Origin: the human T2T-CHM13v2.0 reference genome, Homo sapiens
Length of the DNA: 64,000 bases
Assembly (NCBI RefSeq): GCF_009914755.1
Contig: NC_060947.1
Direction: 5' to 3' (one strand)
Shown here: positions 1 through 13,167 of the stretch, in pieces
Numbering within the stretch: the first letter of the stretch is position 1
Layout of the letters: the number at the start of each line of letters is the position of its first letter
Notes under the pieces: generated by a model
What the model saw: only the letters and a program-made list of their open reading frames with translations
The model's database searches: none
What the model was told of the DNA's origin: nothing
Position numbers and translations under genes: made by a program

Positions 1-432
1 TCATTAAGTTAAGTGAAACAAGCCAGGCACAGAAAGACAAACATCACATGTTCCCACTTATTTGTGGGATCTAAAAATCAAAACAATGAAACTCATGGAC
101 ATAGAGAAGAGAAGCATGGTTACCAAAGCTGGCAAGAGTAGTGGGGGCAGTGGGGGAGGTGGGGATTAATGGGTACAAAAAATAGAACAAATGAATAAGA
201 CTTACTATTTGATAACACAACAGGGTGACTCTAATCAATAATATCTTAATGGTACATTTTAAAATTTAAAAAGTGTAATTCAGTTTGCAACTCAATGGAT
301 AAATTTTTGAGGGAATGGATACTCCATTCTTCATGATGTGCTTATTTCACATTGTATGCCTGTATCAAAACATTTCATGTACCCCATAAATATATACACC
401 TACTTTGTAACCACAAAAATTAAAAATTAAAG
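1..432 (+). mobile_element. L1MA-type LINE-1 3' end
   Basis: Typical L1MA 3'UTR ending 'catgtaccccataaatatatacacctac...cacaaaaattaaaaattaaa'. Confidence 0.85.
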
Positions 433-1346
433 TAATGTAATTTATTTTCTCAAAAGCACAAGCATTTTGACAGTAGAGACTTTGACATGAATAATGCATA
501 CAATTCTTATGATAATTTAAATAAAAATATGTAGTTATTGTGTTATGAATGCTATCATGATAAGAGATTATAAAGAGAAGTTTAATAAAACCCCATAGGG
601 ACCAGGTTACAATATTAAATTATTCCAATATAGTATGTCTCCATGATAATGAAGAAAATAACCAAAAATCAAAACCCCAAACAATAAAATACTAAGTGTT
701 GAACTTAATTATACTACAAGCTGGGGTTTCTGAAGATGCATATTAAAGAGCTTTGAAAAATGCCATATAGGCTCTCCTATTTTCATAGAAGAAATATTGA
801 TCATTTAGAAACAAATGTTGTCATTGTGCTTAAGTTTGCTTTTACCATCATTGTCACATTTATTAAGTGTTCTAATGTTCAAGGCACTGTTAGATGCTTT
901 ACAGGACATTGCCTATGACCCCAAAATAATGTACCATGGCACAGTCAATTCAATGTTTTGCCCATTTTAGCAATCAAACCGGATCAAAGCACATTCAGTC
1001 TGATGGATTGCCACGCAATCACTAAGATAGTCCAAACTACCAAATTGACAGTGTCATGGCCAATTGAGTAACTTTGTACAGACTTGGACGTAGAGAAGGC
1101 AAAGCCTCTGATCTTGAGGCAATTACCTTCTAAATCACTAAAACATTATTGTCATAACACCAAATCAAATTGATGATGCATAATGGCACTCAATATTTCT
1201 GGCTCTAGTGGAATGCAAGTATTGTCATATCTCATAAAGCATGGCCAGAAGTGGCCAAGTGTTGAAGGCCCAAACCACAATTAGTTGCTTCAGAAGTTTA
1301 AGCTACAATAGAAATAGCCTTACAGATATGCTTGTAGAAATAGTTT

Positions 1347-1565
1347 TGACCTAAGAGTCAGACAACTTGGAGTAAGGTCACTCTCAGTCATTCACTCAAT
1401 AGATACATAGTGAGTGCTTACTATGTACCCAGGTACAGATCTTGCACAAGTCACTTAATCTCTCAATCCTTGTTTCATTGTATCTAGAACATATATAATA
1501 ATTTCAATAATACCCATCTCACTGTACTATTGGAAGTATCATATGAGGCAATTTATGTGAAAGTT
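1347..1565 (+). mobile_element. MIR SINE interrupted by a short antisense L2 tail (~1387-1438)
   Basis: MIR motifs 'gagtcagac' and 'gcacaagtcacttaatctctc' flank 'cattcactcaatagatacatagtgagtgcttactatgtacccagg'. Confidence 0.6.
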
Positions 1566-1599
1566 AATTAATGTTTTGCTTTCTGATTAGTTTTCAAAC

Positions 1600-3520
1600 A
1601 ATCAATTGATCAATAAAATTATGCAAATCTCCACTCCAAAAAACAACTGTTGTTAATATTGTGGTATACTTCCTTCCAGTGTTTTATTTACACTTTTACA
1701 TGATAGCTTTCTGACCTTTCAAAATTTTTTAGATAATAAATACTCTGGAGGGCATTTTTCCCACCATTAAAAATTTGAAAAATGTGATTTTCATAACTAG
1801 AAAATATAGATCTACCATAATTTATTTCACCAAACCCTTGTTGTCAAATATTTAAACAGTGTAATTTTTTGCAGTTTGAATAATGCTGTTATGAACGACT
1901 CTGTATATAAATCATTGTCTCCAGTTCTTATTATTTCCTTAGGCTATATTCTTAGAATTGGAATATATAACCACTAGGTTAAGTGATATAAACCCTTTTG
2001 AAAATCTTGATACATACATATTTTCAGTTTACACTCTCACCTCAGTACCTCTGAGCACTAATATGAGACAAAAAAATCTAATTTGATAGGTCAAAAAATG
2101 ACACCTAACTATTTCAATTTATATCTTGTCAACACTTCTAGTAAGGTGGAATGTAATTTCTCATGTTAACTGGTCACTTTTTTATTTCTGTGAATTATCT
2201 ATTTGTATTTATTACCTACTTTTCTACGAGTGTTACAGGTTTTTTTCCTTAAATTGTATGAGATTTGTCTATGTTATAGATATTAACCCTTCATCTGTCT
2301 CTGTTGTATTCCTAATTTGTCTTTTGCCTTTTGAGTTAATTTATGCTGTTTTGATGTTCAGATATTTGTAATATTTTACATAGTGCACTCTATCAATCAT
2401 TCTGTTTAGAATTTTTTCTTGGGTTTTATGCTAAAAGTTCCTATTCATTCTAAACTAACCTATGTTTAATTAATTTTTAAAATGTTAGATTCTTTTGGAA
2501 TCTGTTTGAATGCAAATATGTGGTACAGGTGAAGATCTCACTAGATTTATCTTTTTGGCCAAATACGTGGCCAAATTTTCACTCTTGACTAACCTTACTA
2601 GTAGTTTATGATATTTCTTTTATCCTATGTTAAATTCTTGTCTATTATGACAAGAATCTGGTCTATCATGACAATGACTCTCTATTAGAGGGTCATTGGG
2701 TCATTTATTATAGTCTATTTAACTGTAGATTGTGGCATTATCATGCCACCATTTTAATTATTGTAATTTAATAAAGGGTTATATCATGTGGTAAGATAGA
2801 TGACTCTCTATAAACTTATTTTTCAAAATTCCTTTAGGTATCCTTCCCTGTTTCTTCTTCAAGATTAACCTTAGAACAATTTTAGAGATTGTGTTAACTC
2901 TATAAATCTTATAAATCAATTTGTTTATTATACTAAATCTTCCTGCCAAAGAACATGGCAAATTTCTTTTCCTCAAATCATTTTTTTCTCTAAATGTATC
3001 TTAGTTAAGTATTGTCATATTTTTTCACTTATTTATTTTGCTTGGTCTATTCATAGGCATGCTATGCTTTTGACATTTTTGTGAATATGGGATTATTCCC
3101 ACTAGAATTATTATCTATTTTTTGGCATACAGGAAAGATATTGATTTCTGTTTATATATTTTATAATGGACCTATTTACTAAAATATCTTATTCTCAATT
3201 TCATGGATTAGTAGGTGTATAATTACATTTCCTACAAATAATGCTACGTTTTCTCCTCTCTACCAGTTGTATTTCTTATCCTTGATATGATTCTTCTTTT
3301 AAGCAAATGAAAGACACTCATCACAAAAACCATTTTTAGTTCCATGAGCACATACTTCCCCTGACCCTTTAATTTCCCCACCCAAAGACTTAGTTTTGTC
3401 TTTTCTTCAAAATAAAACTTTACCATCAGATATAATTTATCTTTTCCCAGCCTTTTCATGATCCTGTAATCGTATATTCTCAGCATAAGGTTCAGTTACC
3501 TTTCCAATTATAATTCCAAT
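1600..3520 (-). mobile_element. Ancient L1 (L1ME-like) fragment
   Basis: T-rich degenerate antisense L1 motifs ('aataatgctgttatgaac', 'gatattaaccctt', 'ccattttaattattgtaattt'). Confidence 0.6.
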
Positions 3521-4137
3521 ATCTCAGTACCTGGGCTTTAGAAATCTGTAGGTTATTCACTCAACTATTGTAGGTATAAAAATCTACCTCTCCTCACACT
3601 GTACACCCTAGAATGTAGAGGGAAAGAGTAAATTCTTGGTTTGTGTCTGTGTGTATGTCTGTATTGGAAGACCAAGGGTAGGGAGATTCAGGAAATGGAA
3701 TAATGAAACTTTGCCCTTCTCTCTAGTTCCTTTTTCTCAGATTCTCAAGTTATATAACAACTCCCATTTCCTGTAGTCCACAAATCAACTTTCCTTCTCA
3801 TAACCCTGTACTGAAACACCACTCTGCACACACACACACACACAAATCACCAAATGCTCACGGCAAATCTTCCTAGACTCTTCCAAAAGGTCAGAAATCT
3901 CACTCTTTGTATTTACCACTGAATGTACAACATATAGCAAAGTCCCTGTTACAAAGTACATACTATGTAACATTTATTCCATATTTTTAGATAAACTAAA
4001 TCATTCCACTTCTCCTACAGCTACTATTTGGTAATGATTGATGATCATGTTGATTAAATTGTTATGACCCCATAATCCTGAGATCTATCTAGGAAGTAAT
4101 GTTGAAGCACCTAATGCAGTCAGTAATACAGTCACTC

Positions 4138-5790
4138 CATTCATTCAATAAATACTAACTGAGAACCTATAATATGTGAAGCCCTCTGCTAAGTATCAAA
4201 GATAAAGCATTAAACAAGAGATGCACAGTGCTTTCCCTTATGGAGTTGACATTATAGTGAATGGAACACGCAGAAACAAGAAAGCATTGTTAGAGTGTTT
4301 AACTAAAATTGTTGTAAAGTTGTGAGGGATATGAAAAAGAGGGCTAAATTGGGGAATAAGAGGGAAAAATACTTGAAATTGGGTGGTTTAAGAAGTCATG
4401 CTAAGATTTGGGGTAGAGGATTTTGGCTGATGATTGCATACATGCAGTGAGGGTTGTTAGTACAAATGTTCTAAAGCAGGCAAAAACTTGGCATTTTTCA
4501 TGAACAAAAAGAAGGCTACTGTGACCAGAATATAGTCAGTAAGTGGGATCATGGTGGATAGGTCAGAGAGGCAGTCGGGGCCAGATTGTGGAGGTTCTTT
4601 TAAGCCACATTAAAGACTACAACATCTATTATAAGTTCAATGTGAAGCCATTGGAGAGTTTTAAAGCAGAGGCATGGTGCAATTTCATTAAAAATTTCAA
4701 GAAGAATTCTCTGACTTCTCTACATAGAATAAACTACAGGTGTATAAAAATTGAAGCAGAGGGACCATTAGATGGCCGTCAGAATAGTACAGGTAGGAGA
4801 TGTTATTGCTCTGAATTTGTATGGTGATGTGTAAATGTAAATAGTTGGGTAGAAATGGACTGAAAGTATATTCTGAAAGAAGACTATATTGTACTTAGGG
4901 AAACATTATATATGTGTGAAGGGAATGGAGCAATCAAAAACAGTCTAGTGTCTGCCTTGTGCAACTGGGTAGACACAGATTTATTGGTTGGAGAGATAAG
5001 CTTAAAGGGAAAAAGAAGAATTATATTTTGGACAAACCAAATTTGAAATATTTGCAAGATGTGCAAGTGGAAATGTCAATAGGCAGTTGACTATATGCTG
5101 GAACTCAGACATTATATCTGAGTAGAGTATATGCATCCAGCACAATATTTAAATAATAAATAAGAATTAGTAAGATCAACTTATGGGAGAATATGGATAG
5201 AAAAAGGACCCAGGGCAATTCCCTAAGTTATTCTGACACTTAGAGGTTGGGTAGAGGAGTATAATACAGCAAAAAGACTGAATATAAGATTTAGAATATG
5301 ATCATGACAAAAGGCAACTGCAAATGAAGGTAGGAAAAGTTTACTGAGCATGAGTAGAGATCAAGGAACAGAGTTGCCAAGGCATTAAATTATTTAATTA
5401 TTCACAAATATGGTTAAATCACAAGGAATGGTAGAAGCACTAGGGATAAAAAGGAAGAAAGTGGGCAGGTTTCTACAAGTATCCATTAATTAGGGAGTTT
5501 GATAAGGACATCAACAGATGATAATGACAAAAAGAATGAGTAGGTGACAGCCCAATGGCATGAAAATAAAAAGAATACAGAGGGTATCAAGCAGGAGGAA
5601 GGATAAGTAATGGTCTAGAAATGGGAATGGGCCTCAAAGAATACACTTACTGTGTGCTGTCCCTGTGCTTTATACTGCATAATAACAGTTTCTGTCCATT
5701 TAAGAATACTGAAGAGAAGATCTAGGTTTCAGTTAAAACAAGGAAGTGAAAGAAATGTTTCAAGATAAGAGGAAATTTTTGCTCATAAAA
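4138..5790 (-). mobile_element. L2 LINE
   Basis: Antisense L2 tail 'cattcattcaataaatactaactgag' followed by L2 body ('gggccagattgtgg', 'gaagccattggagagttttaaagcag', 'gtcaataggcagttg'). Confidence 0.8.
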
Positions 5791-5796
5791 AGGGGA

Positions 5797-6045
5797 GTAT
5801 CAGTTTTCACTACTGCCTAACAAAACATCCCAAAACTTAATAGCTTAAAATAATTATTTTATATATTTATGATGCTGTAGGATGGACTCAGTTAAGCAAT
5901 TGTGCTAGTCTCTACCACAGCCATTCACATGGCTGAAATTCTCTGTTGGCTCAACTGGGGATGAATCATTCAATGTGGTAGTTGATACAATGTGGAAAAG
6001 TGGACCACTTTTTCCATATGGTCTCTCATCATCAAAGAGACCATC
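5797..6045 (-). mobile_element. MLT1-type MaLR LTR, part 1
   Basis: 'gtatcagttttcactactgcctaacaaaacatcccaaaacttaatagcttaaaa' resembles an antisense MLT1 terminus. Confidence 0.6.
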
Positions 6046-6048
6046 CCC

Positions 6049-6195
6049 TAAATACTTGAGGAGAGGGATACCCCATTCTCCATGATATGATTATTTCACA
6101 TTGCATGTCTGTATCAAAACATCTCATGTACTCCATAAATATATACACCTACTGTGTAGCCACAAAAATTAAAAATAAAAATATTTTGAAAAAAT
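6049..6195 (+). mobile_element. Short 5'-truncated L1MA 3' end
   Basis: Same 3'UTR motif as 290-432, with an A-rich tail; possible TSD agaccat(c/a)cc. Confidence 0.8.
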
Positions 6196-6284
6196 GTAGA
6201 CCATACCATCTTTAAATAAATAAAAAGATTATTAACACAAAAGTCTCAGGCAGAACTATGGTGAGAGGAGAAACTCATGGATAA

Positions 6285-7912
<1,628 letters not shown>

Positions 7913-10903
7913 TTCCAAGATGGCAGATTAGAAGCATTGCTAGCATACCGCTCCCAATTGGAAGGACAAAATAGCCTGTAGAGATTCACACTGTGAACTT
8001 TTTTTCCAAGAAGCAATGCAATAACTGAACAAGAAAACTGAAAAAAATCTACAGATCCTTTGAAAGAAGCAGGAGGCTGCAGTCTACACTGTAAGTCAGG
8101 CAAAGGGTTGCTAGTACCCAGAGTGTGAGAGGAGAATTTGCCTCTGGGATACACACCCCAACCAGCCCCTGAAAGTCCAGGCCAAGGGGGAAGGCTCGAA
8201 CCCAACCCAGTGCAGGAACCGACTTGAGGGTCATGGAAGGTAAAAATAGGAGAAGCAATTGGAAGACCATTATATGCACTCCCAAATTCCCAAATCCCAG
8301 TGCGGATGGAGGGCAGCCATTCCTTACTGTTCCTCACTGTTCCTCACAGGGAACACAGAGAGAAGTCAAAAAGTTCGCATGGTGATTGCAGGTTGAAAGA
8401 AGCTCCCAGTGAGTTTTCACGATATAACCTCGGATGGGAACGAATTCCCTTGGCCAGGGTTGGGGCAGGAGAGAGTAAAAAGCGGGCGGTGAGTGCAGGA
8501 GCCACGGGTAATATCACAAAACAGGGTGCTATAACACCCCCAGAAGATCACACTAGCTCTCCAACAATGGACTCAAAGCAAGATAAAATCTTTGACATAG
8601 CAGGTAAGGAAGTCAAAAGGTTGATTATTAATCTTCTTGAGGAGATATCAGAGAAAGGTGAAAACCATCATAAAGAAATTTAAACAGCAGTTCAGTATAT
8701 GAATGGAACATCTTCTTGAGAGATAGATATCATCAAGAAAAAACAATCGGAACATCTGGAAATAAAAGACACATTGAGGGAATTACAAAATGTTGTGGAG
8801 AGTTTTAACAATAGAATGAAACAAGTAGAATAAACAATTTCAGAGCTTGAAGACAAGGCTATTGAATTAACCCAATTGGACAAAAAATTTAAAAAAAAAT
8901 CAAAAGAAATAAACAGTCTCCAAGAAATATGGGATTATGTAAAACAGACAAACCCAAGAATAATTGTGTTCCTGAGAGAGAAGAGAAAATAATAAGTCTG
9001 GAAAACATATTTGAAAGAATAATTGAGAAAAAATTTCCCTGGCCTGGCTATAAATCTAGATAACCAAATCCAAGAAACTCAAAGAACTCCTGGGAAATAA
9101 ATTGTGAAAAGATCTTCACCAAGGCACAGCACATAGTCATCAGACTATCTAAAGTTGAGATGAAGAAAAAAATTCTAAGAGCAGTAAGAAAAAAAAGTAA
9201 ATAAAGGAAAACCTAATAGACTAACAGCAGACTTCTCAGCACAACCCTTACAAGCCAGAAGGGATTGGGGTTCTATCTTCAGCCTCCTTAAACAGAACAA
9301 CTGTCAGCCAAAAATTTTGTGTCCTGCAAAATAAAGTTCCATAAATGAAGGAGAAATAAAGACATTTTCAGACAAACAAATGCTTAAGGAATTTTTCACT
9401 ACTAAACCAGCACTACAAGAAATGCTGAAAGGAGTTCTAAACTTTGAAACAGAAGCCTGATATGCACCAAAATTGAATTTCTTTAGAGCTTAAAAATGAC
9501 AGGGCCTATAAAACAATAATAGAACAAAAAAGCTACTTAGATAACAATTAACATGATGAAGATAATAGTATCTCACATCTCAATATTAATGTTGAACATA
9601 AATGGCCTAAACCACCCACTTAATGGCAGAGTGTATAAATATAAAAAAATCACAATCCAAATACCTTCTGTCTTAAGAGACACATCTAACACAGAAGGAC
9701 TCATACAAACTCAAGGTAAAAGGGTGAGAAAAGGTATTCCATGCACATGGAAACCAAGAGTGAGCAGGGGTAGCTATTCTTATATCAGAAAAGCAGACTT
9801 CAAAGCAGCAATCGAAAAAAAAAATTCCAGTATATAATGATAAAAGGATCAATTCAACAAGAAGATAATTTATATGCACCAAACACTTGAGCTCCCAGCT
9901 TCTCAAAACCATTATTGCTAGACCTAAGAAATGAGATAGACAGCAACAAAATAATAGTGGGAGAATTCAATACAGCACTGATAGTACTAGAGAGATCTTC
10001 AAGATAGAAAGTAAAAAGAGAAACAATGGACTTAAATGACACATGATAATAGACAGACAATGAATATTTATAGACTATGCTAACCAAAATCTTCAGCATA
10101 TACATTCTTCTCATCAGTGCATGTAACATTCTCTAAGAGAGACCATATGATAGGCCACACAACAAGAATCAGTAAATTTTAAAAATTAAAATCATATCAA
10201 GTATTTTGTCATACTATACCAGAATAAAACAGGAAATCAACTTCAAAAGGAAGCCTCAAAACTATGCAAATACATGGAAATTAAAGAATATTCTCTGGAA
10301 TGATATCTGGATTAACCATGAAATCAAATAGAAATTTAAGAATTATTTTATTTATTATTTTAATTAAACAGTAATAATGACACAAGTTATCAGAACCCCT
10401 GAGATACAGCAAAAGCAGTGCCGAGGCAAGTTTTTAGCACTAAATGCCTACATCAAAAAGTCTGAAAGAACAAAAAGTGACAATGTAATGTCACACCTTG
10501 AGACACTGGAGAAATAAAACCAAACTAAACCCAAAGCTAGAAGAAGAAAGGAAGTAACAAAGATAAGAGCAGAACTAAATGAAATTCAAACAAAAAACAA
10601 TATGAAAAATCAATGTAACAAAAAGCTGAGATTTTTTTGTAAAAACAAACAAAATGAAGAGACCATTAGCTAGACTAACCAAGAAAAGAAGAGACAAGAC
10701 CCAAATAAGCTCAATTAGAAATGAAGGTGGAGACATTACAACCAACACCACAGAAAAACAAAAGATCATTCAAGACTATTATGAACAACGAACATCTTTT
10801 ATCGAGACTACCACAAACCAGAAAACCTAGAGAAAATGAATGAATTTCTGGAAACATAAAACCCTTATAGATTAAATCCAGAAAAAAATAGAAACCTTGA
10901 ACA
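7913..10903 (+). mobile_element. L1PB2-like LINE-1, 5' part (5'UTR, broken ORF1, 5' ORF2)
   Basis: Starts 'ttccaagatggcagattagaagc'; ORF1-like peptide 'TKQGAITPPEDHTSSPTMD'; ORF2 start-like 'VSHISILMLNINGLN'. Confidence 0.85.
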
Positions 10904-12096
10904 GAGCCACACGGTGTGGGGGAGCCCCCTCCCCCAAGCCAAAGGAGGCAGTGAGTGAGTGTGCCACCCAGCCAGGGAAACTGTGCTTTTTCCACGGAAC
11001 AATGCAGTCCATGGATTGGAAGATCCTACCTGCGAACCCACACCATAGGGCCTAGCGTCCCAACCCTGGAATGTGCAGACTCTTAACAGTCTCTCAGTTG
11101 GAATCTGCTTAAGCCCACCAAACTCCCGAGGGGAAGGGCTACCAGCACCATGGCTGGCTGTGGCTGCCATATGCAGCCGTATAGGGTGTCTGACAACTCT
11201 ATTGATGTCTAATGATGTCTAAGCTGTTATAGCTCCTTGGGGGAGTGGCAGCAGCCAGCACTGGAACTCACAACTGCCTAACACAATAAGCTCCCTGGGT
11301 TGGGGAAGGGTGGCACCCATCTCTATAGCCCCAGGCTGTGCTTTTCCCCTGCTGGAGCCAGGGAAGCTGGATGGATTGGTCCCAAGACTTGCCCTTCACA
11401 GCCCAACACACCAGCTGTGGCAGTCTGCAGCCAGAGTGCCTCTTCAGGACTAACCCTGACCCATCCTTCCTCATTGGGTGAGGGCTTCCCTGCAGGAACT
11501 CCAATAACTCGAACCAGAGGCTTAGAGACAGAACCTGGATCCCCTTGGGCCTGAGCCCCTAGGGGGAGGGGTGGCCACAGTCTCTGCAGACCAGCAGACT
11601 TAGCCTTTCCTCCTGGTAGTTCTGAGGAATCTGGGTAGCTCAGACAAGTGGGTTTTCCCCCAGCGAGGCACACCCCCTCCACTAAGAGACAAAGTGCTTC
11701 ATTAAACAGGTCCTGTTTCTGTGCCAACAAACTGGGTGAGACCCTCCAACAAGAGTTGTCAGACACCTTATATGGGAGTGATCCTACTAGCATCAGGTTG
11801 GTGCTCCTCGAGGTCAGAGGTCCCAGAAGAAGGAGCAGGCACCCATCTTTGCTGTACTCCAGCCACCTTGAGTGACATCTCCAGGCACAGGAGCAAATCA
11901 GATGAATAAGGCTTGAAGTGAACCCACAGCAAACTTCAGCAGCCCTATAGAAGGGGGATCTGACCATTGAAAGAAAAGCAAACAAGCAGAAAGCAACAAC
12001 AACAGCATCTTCAACAACAACAACAACAAAACCCCCACAAAAACTCCATGCAAGGGCCAGCAGCCTCAAAGACTGAATCTAGACTAACTCATGAAG

Positions 12097-13104
12097 ATGA
12101 GAAAGGATCAATGAAAAATGCTGAAAACCCAAAAGGCCAGAGTGCCTTTTCTCCAGATGATCACAATGTCTCTCCATCAAGGGCACAGAACTGGATGTAG
12201 GATCAGATGGATGAATTGACAGAAGTAGGCTTCAAAAGATGGGTAACAAAAAACTACATTGAGCTAAAGGACATGTTTTAACCCAATGCAAAGAAGTTAA
12301 GAACCTTGATAAAAGGTTAGAGGAATTGCTAAAAACCAGTTTAGAGAGGAATATAAACAACCTGATGGAGCTGAAAAACATAGCACGAGGACTTCGTGAA
12401 GCACACACAAGTACCAATAGCCGAATCAACCAAGCAGAAAGGATATCAGCGTTTGAAGACCACCTTGCTGAAATAAGGCATGCAGACAAGACTAGAGAAA
12501 AAAGAATGAAAATGAATGAACAAAGCCTCCAAGAAATATGGGACTTCATAAAAAGACCAAACCTATGATTGATTGGAGTAGTAGGAGGAGATGGGGAGAA
12601 TGGAAACAAGCTGAAAAACACACTTCAGGATATTATCCAGGAGAACTTCCCCAACCTAGCAAGACAAGCCAACATGAAAATTCAGGAAATATAGAGAACA
12701 CCATTAAAATACTCCACAAGATCAACCCAAAGACGAATAATCATCAGATTATCCAAGGTCAAAATGAAGGAAAAATTGTTAAGGGCAGCCAGAGAGAAAG
12801 GCCAGGTCACCTACAAAGAGAAGCCCACCAGACTAACAGTGGACCTCTCACCAGAAACTCTACAAGCCAGAAGAGATTTGGGGCCAATATTCAACATTCT
12901 TAAAGAAAAAATTTTCAACCCGGAATTTCATATCCAGCCAAACTAAGCTTCATAAGCAAAGGGGAAATAAAATCCTTTCCAGACAAGCAAATGCTGAGGG
13001 ATTTCATTACCACCAGGCCTTCCCTGTGAGAGCTCCTGAAAGAAACACTAAATATGGAAAGGAAAAGCCAGTACCAGCCATTGAAAAAACACACCAAAAT
13101 ATAA
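12097..13104 (+). pseudogene. L1 ORF1p remnant (stops and frameshifts)
   Basis: ORF-track peptides 'NNLMELKNIARGLRE...EQSLQEIWDFIKRPNL' and 'MKEKLLRAAREKGQVTYK'. Confidence 0.9.
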
Positions 13105-13167
13105 AGACCAATGACACTACGAAGAAACTGAATCAACTAGTGTGCAAAATAACCAAATAGCAGCTTG

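Noticed and set aside
290-6195. Similarity between 290-432, 6049-6195 and (inverted) 63696-63888
   Set aside because: Independent copies of the same L1MA 3' end, not a local duplication.
11323-12069. 248-aa minus-strand ORF, the longest in the track
   Set aside because: It lies wholly antisense to the GC-rich L1PA 5'UTR, where long chance ORFs are common. It has no recognisable domain and is not the ORF0 of young L1PA elements.
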